Of a stretch of 64,000 nt of DNA, positions 42,557-51,893 are shown piece after piece. Every line of letters begins with the position of its first letter. The stretch's first letter is position 1. Below the pieces are notes generated by a model. It made no database searches, was not told the DNA's origin, and was given only the letters and a program-made list of their open reading frames with translations. The stretch lies in IMG/VR virus record IMGVR_UViG_3300033148_003715. One strand, written 5' to 3'. The position numbers and the translations under genes were made by a program. This DNA comes from an uncultured virus (IMG/VR IMGVR_UViG_3300033148_003715) (Duplodnaviria > Heunggongvirae > Uroviricota > Caudoviricetes).

Positions 42557-42869
42557 CCCGCCAAGCTCTACCGGCCCGGGACTCCCGGGCCCGCGTCGTG
42601 TACCGGGAGGGCCCAGGGGGTCCTCCGGTGGCGTGTACGGGCCCAGCCCGTCCCTGGGTGGGGGATTCCTCCCATCGCGGACCCGGACGCTTAGAACGGC
42701 CCTGAGGGCGTCGAGCGGGACCTGGCTACACCGGTCTCAGGCCCATACCGGGCCCGGAGAGACACCCAAGGCCCGCGAGGCATTCTCCTCCCATGGGCGA
42801 GAGATCGTGGCTCCTGCGCGCCATGAGGGCTCCTGGTGGGGCTCGGGCCAGGCTTGGTAGCATGGAGAT

Positions 42870-43610
42870 ATGAGCCGACGAGAGAGTAGGCCACGCTACG
42901 AGAACGAGCACGGAGTCCGGCACTGTCGAGTGGGGAAACTATGCGTGGAGTGTGGAGGGGCTCTCTCGGGGAGGCGTCGACGCTGGTGCTCGCAGGACTG
43001 CATCGACGCCTACCTGGTCCGGGCCGATCCCTCGACGGCGCGGCGGTGCGTCCGGGCCCGCGACCACGAGGTCTGCCAGCGCTGCTCGATCGACCTAGCC
43101 GCGCTCCGCGAGCGGGTCAAGGACGCCGACCGGAGGGCCACCGAGGTGTGGCTCGAGGAGTGGAACCGCAAGTACCCCGAGGAGGGCGAGGGCAGCTACC
43201 TTGAGCCGAACAAGTACCGGCACATCGGATACGCGCGCTACCGTGGACCGAGAACCTACACGGGATTCAGCCTCGGTGGGGCGTGCCCGAAGCGGCCCGT
43301 GTCGGGCTCGTACCATGAGCTGGTCGAGAGGGAGCGCCGAGCCCTGCTTACACCGCTCGGGTTCGGACCCTGGTGGTTCAGGAAGACGCTATGGGACGTC
43401 CACCACGTCGTCGCGGTCAAGGACGGGGGGAACGAGTTGGGGCTCGAGAACCTGGCGACGATGTGCGTACGTTGTCACTCGATCAAGACGGCCAGGCAGA
43501 ACAGGGTCGGGCGGGCTCGGAAGCTCGCCCGCCGGCCCGGCGAAGACTGGGACCGCTACCGGGCTCGGGTCCTGGGGTTTGGGATATCGCAAACATCGGA
43601 GGATTCGTGA
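42870..43610 (+). CDS. HNH endonuclease
   Basis: RDHEVCQRC...WDVHHVVAVKDGG...LENLATMCVRCHSIKT. Confidence 0.85.
   Translation: MSRRESRPRYENEHGVRHCRVGKLCVECGGALSGRRRRWCSQDCIDAYLVRADPSTARRCVRARDHEVCQRCSIDLAALRERVKDADRRATEVWLEEWNRKYPEEGEGSYLEPNKYRHIGYARYRGPRTYTGFSLGGACPKRPVSGSYHELVERERRALLTPLGFGPWWFRKTLWDVHHVVAVKDGGNELGLENLATMCVRCHSIKTARQNRVGRARKLARRPGEDWDRYRARVLGFGISQTSEDS
43577..43594. repeat. 18-bp palindrome copy 11 (GCAAAC variant)
   Basis: In the 3' end of the HNH gene. Confidence 0.95.
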
Positions 43611-43788
43611 GGCGGTGTTGGTGGTGCTTGCGCCGTTGGCCCGAGGCGTCGATCCATCACCTAGTCCGGTCCGGCGATCAAATCAGGCGGTGTTGCACCG
43701 AGTGCTATCAGGATCGGACGGGTCGCTACCGGAGGGTCTACTCTGGTGAGGGCCAGGAGAGGCGAGAGATCGCCCGAGTGAGGGAATC

Positions 43789-44235
43789 GTGAAGGTGAAC
43801 TGGTGTAGGGTTGGGGAGGCGATCGTGGTCGCGCTCGATCCCGAACAGGAGCGGGGCTGGGATGACTGGTTCGAGAAGGGACGTTTGGTCGAGTGCCTGG
43901 CCGCGCTCGTGTCCAAACACGGCGGGGGAGTCTTGGAGTTAGTCGTGGTCGGGCCGCGGGGCCGGGAGGTGTTCAGATCCTCGACGTGCCCCGAGGTGGT
44001 CGCGGCGGAGCTGCCCGAGTCGATACGAGGCGAACTCGCCCCGACCCCGCTCAGGTTCAAACTTGAGATGGCCTGGCGCTGGCTCACCTCGGACGAAGCA
44101 GACAGGGCCGACATGACCGCGTTCTGCGACTCGGGCGGGCCCGAGCAGATCCGACAACTCCACCTGCGCCAACACGAGGGGGTCCCGACCGCGAACGAGC
44201 TGGAACAGATCCCCGTGCTTGATGAGGATCCGTGA
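43789..44235 (+). CDS. Hypothetical protein
   Basis: Coupled ORF. Confidence 0.5.
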   Translation: MKVNWCRVGEAIVVALDPEQERGWDDWFEKGRLVECLAALVSKHGGGVLELVVVGPRGREVFRSSTCPEVVAAELPESIRGELAPTPLRFKLEMAWRWLTSDEADRADMTAFCDSGGPEQIRQLHLRQHEGVPTANELEQIPVLDEDP

Positions 44236-44674
44236 TCGAACTCCTCGGGCTCGTCGCCCTCGTCGCCCTCGCGGTCCTGCTCGCCGCGAGGGCCAGAGGG
44301 TGCGCGCTGAGGAGGGATGTGCTGGGGCTCGTCCAGGAGGAACCCGGGGTGAGGATCTCTGACCTGGCCTGGTACGTCTCGAGCGACGAGCTGTCCATGC
44401 ACGGCCTGCTCCGCGACATGGAGGGGCGTGGCCTGGTCAGGATCGACCCGCCGGGAGTGAAGGGGCGGGTCTGGCCCTCGTGAAGCCCGGTGAGGGTTGG
44501 GCGTGGCCGACGGGATCACTGGTCCTGCACTTCTTCGTCGGCGGTCGGTCGCTGTGCTCGACGTGGACCTGGTACTCGCGCTGCCTCGGGGACCGACACC
44601 TGAACCGGACGGACGAGCGGTGCCGGGCATGCGAGCGCCTCAGGGCCGAGTCGAGTGAGGCCGCACGAGGCCGC

Positions 44675-44684
44675 GGGGTCTAAT
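44675..44684 (+). promoter_or_regulatory. GGGGTCTAAT motif copy 4
   Basis: Before GAGGAG/ATG 44702. Confidence 0.5.
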
Positions 44685-44701
44685 AGGACAGAGGAGAAGA
44701 C

Positions 44702-46513
44702 ATGCTCGGGACGACGGAACACTGGGGCGGGAAGCCGATCCGCGACATGAAGCTGGACCACCTGGCGAACGTGCTCCGCGGGCTCCACCGGGGGACGTGG
44801 CAGGACGGGCGTGAGGCCAAGGTGGATCGGGCGACCCTGAAGAACCTCGAGGCCGAGTTCGTGCGGTGCGGACACCGACATGAGTTCCCGCCGATCAAGA
44901 CCAAGCACCACGACCCGAACCGATGCCTCGGGTGCGGGTTCGTCCGCGACGACCCCCAGCAGTGCCGGCACTGGTGGGACGTCTCGACGGCGACGTGCCG
45001 ACATTGTGGGATCGCGCAGGAGATTGTCGAGCAACTCGGAGCTGTAATTCCGTCCCGGTGTCGGCACGAGATCGACGTCCAGACGCAATCATGCCGCCAC
45101 TGTGGACACACGGCCGAGACGATCCACGACCAGGCCGAGCAGATCAAGGGTCGCTGGGTCCGGGTCCGTGGCGTCTATCACCACGCCACCGCCGAATTTA
45201 GCGGGACTATGGCGTGCGGGCTCGAGGCGGCGTGCGCGTCGTGGCCGCCGGTTGAGTTCCCCAGCCACCAGACCTGCCGAGGCTGCGCGGACGCGCTCGG
45301 GATTCGGCTCGGGATCGGCCAGGCCCGGTGCGACCAGGAGGAGATCGTGTTCGTCCGGGTCGACGACGAGAGCGAGCCCGCGTGGGGGTACGAGCAGGGG
45401 GAGACGATCGGGCAGCCCATCGAGACCCTCGAGACCAAGCCAGACCCGTGGGTCCAGCACCGCTATGTCTGGCACGCGCTCGGGGAGAAGTTCGCCCTGT
45501 GCGGGCAGCGGGTCAGGCGGCTCGCGGACCGGCGCGAGTTCCCGCTGGGAGGCGGCCGAGTCTGCCGGGAGTGCGCGAGGCAGTCGGGGATCACCAGCGG
45601 GGCTGGGCTGGTCAAGTGTGAGCGGAGGAAGATCGTGTTCGTCCGCGTCGACCTAGACGGCAGCTCCCACGAGGAGCCCGCTGAGGAGAAGCCGCCCCTG
45701 AGGACGAGGCGGGTCGAGACCTTCCACCCCGCGGGGACGCCGAACGGGGTCTTCCAGCTCCAGGGGAGGATCAAGCCGGGCACCAAGCCCCACGTGATCC
45801 TGAACGGCGACCGCGTGAGCCACCTCGACTCCATGTGGACGAGCCCCTCGGGCGAGGTCGGGTTCCCCGGGGAGTGGTTCGACAGGGGCGACGTGCTCGA
45901 GATCGACTACGAGGCGATCACGGTCGGGGAGGGCGTGGTCGGTGCGCCCGTCGCGATCGGGACGCCGAACGGGAGCAGCGTCCCGATCGTGGGCGTGGTG
46001 AACGAGCTGATCACCCCGGGCGACGAGGCGTTCATCGCGGGAGAGACGAGGGGCACGCTCCTCGTGGCCGGAGGACCCGGGATCGGCGTGGACGGGACCG
46101 CGTCGGGGTTCGCCAACGAGGACTTCCCGCCCTCGGTCCTCGTCACGGGAGGCACGCTCTCCGACCAGGACAAGGAGCGACTCGAGGAGTACCTGAAGAA
46201 CCAGACCGGGCTGGACCGGCACAAGATCCTGGTCCTCGAGAGCGAGGCGTCGAAGATCGAGATCCACCCAGGTCGAGCCCCCCTGCCGGCGATCGACCCG
46301 ACCGGCACCAGCGCCCAAGGGGTCGAGCGGGACGAGTCGAACCCGGGGCGGACCACGAGGGCCGACACGCGGATCCCGCCGCCGTTCCAGCCCCTGCCCG
46401 AGCACGGCGAGCCCTTGTGGGTGCGAGTCATCCTGTCGGGACTGCGGGTCCTCATAGCGGTCACGCTCGTCTCGGCAGTCGCGCTCGTCGCCGTAGACTG
46501 GCTCGTCCTGTGA
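44702..46513 (+). CDS. Mosaic Cys/His-repeat protein with C-terminal TM helix and a portal-like segment
   Basis: CRH..D..T..CRHCG x2, IVFVRVD x2, hydrophobic C-terminus. Confidence 0.65.
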   Translation: MLGTTEHWGGKPIRDMKLDHLANVLRGLHRGTWQDGREAKVDRATLKNLEAEFVRCGHRHEFPPIKTKHHDPNRCLGCGFVRDDPQQCRHWWDVSTATCRHCGIAQEIVEQLGAVIPSRCRHEIDVQTQSCRHCGHTAETIHDQAEQIKGRWVRVRGVYHHATAEFSGTMACGLEAACASWPPVEFPSHQTCRGCADALGIRLGIGQARCDQEEIVFVRVDDESEPAWGYEQGETIGQPIETLETKPDPWVQHRYVWHALGEKFALCGQRVRRLADRREFPLGGGRVCRECARQSGITSGAGLVKCERRKIVFVRVDLDGSSHEEPAEEKPPLRTRRVETFHPAGTPNGVFQLQGRIKPGTKPHVILNGDRVSHLDSMWTSPSGEVGFPGEWFDRGDVLEIDYEAITVGEGVVGAPVAIGTPNGSSVPIVGVVNELITPGDEAFIAGETRGTLLVAGGPGIGVDGTASGFANEDFPPSVLVTGGTLSDQDKERLEEYLKNQTGLDRHKILVLESEASKIEIHPGRAPLPAIDPTGTSAQGVERDESNPGRTTRADTRIPPPFQPLPEHGEPLWVRVILSGLRVLIAVTLVSAVALVAVDWLVL

Positions 46514-46888
46514 GGGTCGAGGCGAGCGGGAACGACCTCACGGGGTTCGTGGTCGACGACGAGGAGTGCGGGTGTCGGGCTAGGTCTCTGGACCCGGCGG
46601 GGACCAGGTGGGAGCTTGTCCCGTGCGATGGACACGCCAAGCAGAGGCAGGAGAGGCGAACGCGGAACAGGGCCGACAAGGAGTCCAGGAAGCGACGGCG
46701 GAGGAGGAGGCGGTGAGGGGGCCCGCGACTGAACGCGCCTGCGGGAGACCCGAGATCGAGTGCCGCTACAGGGTCGGGGATCAGTGCCGGCACTCGCTGG
46801 CCGAGGTCGAGGACGGGGTCGCGACATGCAAGGTCGACACCCCTTTCTCCGGCCATGAGGGGTTCGTCGAGGAGCACGAGGAGACCTA

Positions 46889-47104
46889 GTGGTCACCTAC
46901 GAGTACGAGTGCGGCTGCTGCGGGCGGTTCGAGTACCGGCACTCGATCACCCTCGAGGCCATGAGGGAGTGCCCGCGCTGCTCGGGTCCGTGCAAGAAGA
47001 TCGTCGGCGCGGGAGGGGTGGTGATCTTCCGGGGCTCCGGCTTCTACTGCAACGACAAGAAAGACAAGCCACGACCCAAGGAGGAACAGGATGAACGTGC
47101 GTGA
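46889..47104 (+). CDS. FmdB-family zinc-ribbon protein
   Basis: TYEYEC..CG.FE...CPRC...VIFRGSGFY.ND. Confidence 0.85.
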   Translation: MVTYEYECGCCGRFEYRHSITLEAMRECPRCSGPCKKIVGAGGVVIFRGSGFYCNDKKDKPRPKEEQDERA

Positions 47105-47532
47105 GTTGCTCAGGTTGGCATTGGCGATCGAGCCCGAGATCGGATTCGTGTCCCACGTCGAGTCTTTGATCTACAGGAACCACGCTCGTGTCCAGGCCGG
47201 GACGCACCAGGTGGTCGATAGGCTATCCGAGAATGGCTGGGTCGACAGAGACGGCTGGCGCGAGACCCGGAGCGGGCACGCCTACATCGCCATGTCGGTC
47301 GACGAGGCAGGCATGCGGGCCCGAGTGCGGGTCAGCGAGGGTCCCTGGCCGGGCTCGTCGATCATCGAACCCGCCACCGAGCAGGAACACCCCCGGTGAG
47401 GCCCAGGGAGGCCCGGGGTGGCGATCGAGCCACCCCCGAGGGGGATCTAATGCCCCGAGAGGCCCAGACGCACACGCGGGCGCTGAGGAGGCCGGGGGGG
47501 CCGCGAACAGACACCCAAGCAGAGGAGGACGA

Positions 47533-48069
47533 GTGCAGACAGAGAGGAGGCGGGACCCGGACCGGATCCCGCTAGATAGGTGGCGCCCCGAGGGGATCTC
47601 GCAGGAGCAGGAGGGGCTGGCGCGAGACGTGCTCGACGCGGTCCACGTCTGGCGCGGGCTCCCCGTGGGGCCCGAGGAGGTCTCGCGGATCCGGCCCCAC
47701 AGGAGGCACGGGCAGATCGACGCGGGCGAGGGGCCCAGGAGCGTCGCCTGTGTCGAGGCCAGGAAGGCCGAGGTGTTTGCCGAGGAGAGGAGCGAGGTGT
47801 CCAAGTGGCGGGGCTGGGAGCGGTGGAAGGACAGGGTGCGCCGACACCGCGTCCCCTGTCGGGAGGCGAGGGGCTCGTACAACGACGACGGGTTCGTCGA
47901 CGGGTACGGGCGGGTCAGGTTCGTCTTCGGAGCAGCGGCGGCGGAGTGGGCGCGGCGCGTACTCGAGGAGGCCGTGAGGCTGATGGGACAGGCGGGTCGG
48001 GCGAGGCGACGGGTTCGGGCCCAGAGGAGTGAGAGGAGTAGGGCCGAGTGGGCGTGCTTGAATCGCTGA
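47533..48069 (+). CDS. Hypothetical protein
   Basis: GAGGAGG RBS. Confidence 0.5.
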   Translation: MQTERRRDPDRIPLDRWRPEGISQEQEGLARDVLDAVHVWRGLPVGPEEVSRIRPHRRHGQIDAGEGPRSVACVEARKAEVFAEERSEVSKWRGWERWKDRVRRHRVPCREARGSYNDDGFVDGYGRVRFVFGAAAAEWARRVLEEAVRLMGQAGRARRRVRAQRSERSRAEWACLNR

Positions 48070-48100
48070 CCCGGCAGGGGCAGAGCGCGTTCGGGGTCGG

Positions 48101-48118
48101 GTTTGGGATATCCCAAAC
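48101..48118. repeat. 18-bp palindrome copy 12
   Basis: Exact match, just upstream of an RBS. Confidence 0.95.
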
Positions 48119-48130
48119 CGAGGAGACGAC

Positions 48131-48341
48131 GTGACCTACGATGTGGAGCTGACCCAGCACTTCCTCGAGCGGATGGAGGAACTCGCTGCACGAGAGGAGC
48201 GAGTGCGTGATCGGCGGAGCCCGCGTGGTCTTCAAGGTCCGCTGGGCCGGGGACAGGAAGCGGGTCGTGCTGTTGACGATCATGAACCGAGAGCAGGTGC
48301 CGGCCAAGCCCCAGGCGAGGCTCGGGATCCTGCACGAGTGA
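48131..48341 (+). pseudogene. Small gene with apparent frameshift or deletion
   Basis: TQHFLERMEE in one frame; VVFKVRW...VVLLTIM...HE* in another, ending in a GTGA overlap with the next start. Confidence 0.4.
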
Positions 48342-49123
48342 GCGACGCGCACCTCAGGGAACTCGAGCGCCGCGCCCACGTCGACCAGAGTCGGGTGCCG
48401 TTGTATCACGCACGGATCCAGCGGAGTCTGCGGAGTCGGGTCCCGTGCCAGGAACGCTGGTGCAGGCGGGGCCTGTTCCTGAGCGACACCGAGCGGGCTT
48501 GGGGCCAGCGCCCGAGGCCCTGCTTCGCCTGCGCCGGCACCGGTCACGCCCCCTACGGGGTCGGGGTCTGCTTGGGGGCCTACCTGGGCGACCAGGAATG
48601 TCGGGTCGTGGGGGGGCTCGAGTGGCGCACCCACGAGTGCCTGAGCCTCGAGGCGTGGTTGACGGGCAGGTCACGACCGCCGGGGTGGGGCGAGCACGAG
48701 TGCCGAGGACTCGCCCGATGGGGCCGGGCCGTCATGGTCCGCGCGGCCGTGGCGGCGGGGAGGGAGTGCTTGGGGGAGTTCGTCGAGCAGTGCTACGCTC
48801 GGCGTGGCGGTCGTGATGCCCGGAGTTTCTCCTTGTTCGGCGCCCAGAACGAGATAGACCAACCCCGCCGGGTCCTCGACTGCGCCGCCCACTGGCTCGA
48901 GGACCCGAGCGGGGCCAACAGGGATGCGTGGGACCACGCCGTCATGGCCCTGCCGGCGGGCGGGACCGGCACGCCATGGGTGCCCACGTATGCGCTCACA
49001 GCCTTGGGGATCCAGCACGCTGCCAGCCTCCTCGGCCCCCATGGGGATCGTCGAGCAAGGGAGGCGATCAGGGGGGCGCTGATCCCGTGGTGCGTGGAGG
49101 TGTGGTGGCGGACGAACACCTGA
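48338..49123 (+). CDS. SDxxLRxLER-module protein 1
   Basis: Begins VSDAHLRELERRAH. Confidence 0.6.
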   Translation: MSDAHLRELERRAHVDQSRVPLYHARIQRSLRSRVPCQERWCRRGLFLSDTERAWGQRPRPCFACAGTGHAPYGVGVCLGAYLGDQECRVVGGLEWRTHECLSLEAWLTGRSRPPGWGEHECRGLARWGRAVMVRAAVAAGRECLGEFVEQCYARRGGRDARSFSLFGAQNEIDQPRRVLDCAAHWLEDPSGANRDAWDHAVMALPAGGTGTPWVPTYALTALGIQHAASLLGPHGDRRAREAIRGALIPWCVEVWWRTNT

Positions 49124-49839
49124 GACGACTTGAGAGAGAGGCTTGTGCGGGAGGCGTGACGGAGACAGCGAACTGGCTCCAAGAACGACTCCGTAGGGGC
49201 GATGATCTAAACAGGAACCAGATCAACCTGGCCGCCTACCTGGGTGACGGGGCTAGTAGACTCGTCCTCTCTAGGGAGGGGATCGTAGAGCTGGCCCCGC
49301 CCAGGACGAGAAGAGGCTTCACGTCAGAGGAGACGAGACAGATCTACTCGAGAGGAGGGAGCCTGAAGGCGAGGGGAGAACTCGCGGACTGGCTCGCCGG
49401 GTTGTGGGCGTGGCGTCCCCGGGGGGAGATCAGTTTCAGGGCCGGGATCGCGGTACTTAAATCAGTCATAGAGATCCATCCACCGGGCGTGACCGAGTAT
49501 AGGCGAGACCGGTTCAGGCTCTACCGGGACAGACTCCAAGAGTGCTTCGCGAGGACGTCATGCACGGGGAGCGTGGACGGGGAGGAGAGAGTAGAGCTAG
49601 ATAGGCTACTTGAGGACGCGGTCGAGAGGATCTCGCCCAGACTGCTCCCCTGCTCGTGGTTGTCCCAGCCTGGGTCGGCGCTCGTGACCGGTCTCGGATG
49701 CGGGCAACTGGCTCAGGCTCCGGTCCCGGTACGGGCGGCGATAGAGCGAGAGCTGGTTCCGTTCGTGCTGGGGTTGAGGGATCCGATTGAGGAACGGGTC
49801 CGACACGTGCGCTTGACTCAAGCACCCGAACGAGTGTAG
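49105..49839 (+). CDS. SDxxLRxLER-module protein 2
   Basis: Begins VADEHLRRLEREACAGG...LAAYLG. Confidence 0.6.
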   Translation: MADEHLRRLEREACAGGVTETANWLQERLRRGDDLNRNQINLAAYLGDGASRLVLSREGIVELAPPRTRRGFTSEETRQIYSRGGSLKARGELADWLAGLWAWRPRGEISFRAGIAVLKSVIEIHPPGVTEYRRDRFRLYRDRLQECFARTSCTGSVDGEERVELDRLLEDAVERISPRLLPCSWLSQPGSALVTGLGCGQLAQAPVPVRAAIERELVPFVLGLRDPIEERVRHVRLTQAPERV

Positions 49840-50037
49840 CCTTGGACGTGTGAGAGTCGGACAAGAACCACTAGAACCAGTCACCGTCACCCCTGGGGCT
49901 ATGCCGGGACTACACTGGCACGCGACACCGGCACCGGTAGAGGAAACCGCTTGGTGCGGTCACCCCTCTGATGTTCACCCCTGCGATGTTCACCCCCCTG
50001 AGGGTGCCGCGCTCCCCCCACCCCGGTCCCCTCCCCC

Positions 50038-50775
50038 GTGAGCGTCAAGCCCCGTCACCGTGTAGCCCGAGGTCGAGGAGCCGGGATCGCCGTCGACGAG
50101 TCCCTCCGGTCCAGACACGTGGGCGGTCGAGGCCCGAACGGGAGGATCAGGTCCGAGTCCGGCGAGGGGGCGAGGGCGGACCGGCTCCCACCCCGAGCCG
50201 ACACGGTGATCCGGCTCCTCCACGATATCCGCGCTAACCGGATCGACCCCGAGAGCGTGAGCGTGGGGCAGCGCCGCTCGTGCCTGCTCCTGCTCGCCAA
50301 CGGTACCCAGACCAGCGCCGAGCTGGCGGCCCAGTTCCGGGTCCCGACCAGTGTGATCCGGCAGGACCTACGCCGGCTCCGAGACCAGGTGGGGCGCGAG
50401 GTCAAGGAGTGGACGTTGGAGGAGGTGGTGGGTCAGTTCACGCTTGCGGCGGAGAAGTCTACCGCGTTGGCCTACAAGGGCAAGGACCCCGGCCTGGCTT
50501 GGACGATCCAGCGAGACCTGGCCAGGTTGCTCCGCGAGTTCGGCCTCGTGGGCGAGCAGGACCAGAGTGGGTTCGCGGTCACCCTGACCGCGATCGGGGA
50601 GGGGTACCAGCGTGCGACCGCAGCGCTCTCCCGGGCCCTGGACCCGAGACTCACCGGGGAGGTGGTGGAGGCCGAGGCGAGCCCGTCGAGGTTGCTCACG
50701 ATCCCCGAGCCCGTCAAGGATCCCAGGCCCGAGCCCGAGACCCCCGGACAGGAAGGGCCCGAGCAATCCCCGTAG
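50038..50775 (+). CDS. HTH protein, possible terminase small subunit
   Basis: TSAELAAQFRVPTSVIRQDLRRL; helical body. Confidence 0.35.
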   Translation: MSVKPRHRVARGRGAGIAVDESLRSRHVGGRGPNGRIRSESGEGARADRLPPRADTVIRLLHDIRANRIDPESVSVGQRRSCLLLLANGTQTSAELAAQFRVPTSVIRQDLRRLRDQVGREVKEWTLEEVVGQFTLAAEKSTALAYKGKDPGLAWTIQRDLARLLREFGLVGEQDQSGFAVTLTAIGEGYQRATAALSRALDPRLTGEVVEAEASPSRLLTIPEPVKDPRPEPETPGQEGPEQSP

Positions 50776-50888
50776 GGGGCTTGGCTCGACGCCACCAGAG
50801 CCCGTCAGGGCCACGTTCGACCCCGTGGGTGGGTGAGGGCCCCTCTGGGGGTTCGGATCGTCCCCAGCACGCTCCAGGGACGCGGGGG

Positions 50889-50906
50889 GTTTGGGATATC
50901 CCAAAC
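50889..50906. repeat. 18-bp palindrome copy 13 (degenerate GTTTGGGATTCAAAC nearby at 50930-50944)
   Basis: Exact match, in the convergence region. Confidence 0.95.
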
Positions 50907-51235
50907 CGACTCGTGGGGTTATGAGACCGGTTTGGGATTCAAACCCTCTGGCGCGTACGTGTCCTTGCTGTAAGCCATGCTTGGGCTCTCGGGTTATGAG
51001 GCCGTTTAGGGCACTCTCGGCCACATATGCGGGACATGCGGGCGCATGTCCCACACGCAGTCCTCGTAGGCCCGCTCCCCCTAGCACGCCCTGTGCCCGA
51101 TCGGGGCCCGGGGGGCCCTATACCAAGATGGACGTAAACCCCAATCCCCCATCTGACCCGGCCGCGTAGGGATCGTTTGGTCGTCACTGGTGGTTCTCAG
51201 AGCTAGTGGGAGCGGTGTAGCCGGTTATAGCCCCC

Positions 51236-51865
51236 TCATAGCCCCCTAATAGCCCACCCGATCAACGAGACCTGGATCGTGTCTCGGATCGTGCCCCCAT
51301 GGACGAGCCTGGTCGCGGCGAGTGTGGTAGAGGTAATCTCCGCGCCCGTCTCCCGCGGGCCCAGGCAGAACAGCGAGTGACCCGAGGGCGGCCTCACGTT
51401 GACCCCCGCGTGCCAGGCCTGGCTCCACTGGTCCAGGTTGGGTCCGGTCGGGTCCTCGAGCCAGACCAGGATCGCGTTGAGGACCTGGCGGGGATTAGTG
51501 AGCCGATCTCGGAACCACCTGGGCCCCGCATCCTCCAAGGCCCGTGCAGGGTTCGCTTCCCAAACCGGTACCGCCTCCAGTGCCGCCGCCGCCCACGCGC
51601 GTACTTGGATCCCTCGCCCCCACGCGGCCAATCCCCCAATCCAGTCCTCGAAGCTCATGAGTCGTGGGAGGCCGTTGAACCTGTCCCGCCACCACTGCTC
51701 GTCCTCCAGCTCCAGGGCTGGTTCGTGCGAGCAGTACGCGGCAAGCTCGATCCGGTAGCGGGTCAGGTGACCCGCCCGGACCCGTGCGTGGAACAGGTCG
51801 GTCTCGGCACGAGTGTCCCCCTGGGCGACAAGACGTTCTAGGCGTCTCAGGTCGTGGTCGGTCAA
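51236..51865 (-). CDS. SDxxLRxLER-module protein 3
   Basis: MTDHDLRRLERLVAQGD...RVRAG...LAAYC. Confidence 0.65.
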   Translation of the reverse strand: MTDHDLRRLERLVAQGDTRAETDLFHARVRAGHLTRYRIELAAYCSHEPALELEDEQWWRDRFNGLPRLMSFEDWIGGLAAWGRGIQVRAWAAAALEAVPVWEANPARALEDAGPRWFRDRLTNPRQVLNAILVWLEDPTGPNLDQWSQAWHAGVNVRPPSGHSLFCLGPRETGAEITSTTLAATRLVHGGTIRDTIQVSLIGWAIRGL

Positions 51866-51883
51866 GTTTGGGATATCCCAAAC
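51866..51883. repeat. 18-bp palindrome copy 14
   Basis: Directly abuts the TTG start at 51865. Confidence 0.95.
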
Positions 51884-51893
51884 AGTAGTCGAG

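Noticed and set aside
50915..51025. Minus-strand tRNA-Ser-like sequence (GTGGCCGAG...GGGTTTGAATCCC)
   Set aside because: No acceptor or anticodon stem can be formed; the T-loop-like word is better explained as a degenerate palindrome copy
51221..51252. Twelfth promoter copy (GGCTATAACCGG on the - strand)
   Set aside because: No TTGYGR at 17 bp and no ATG 6 nt downstream
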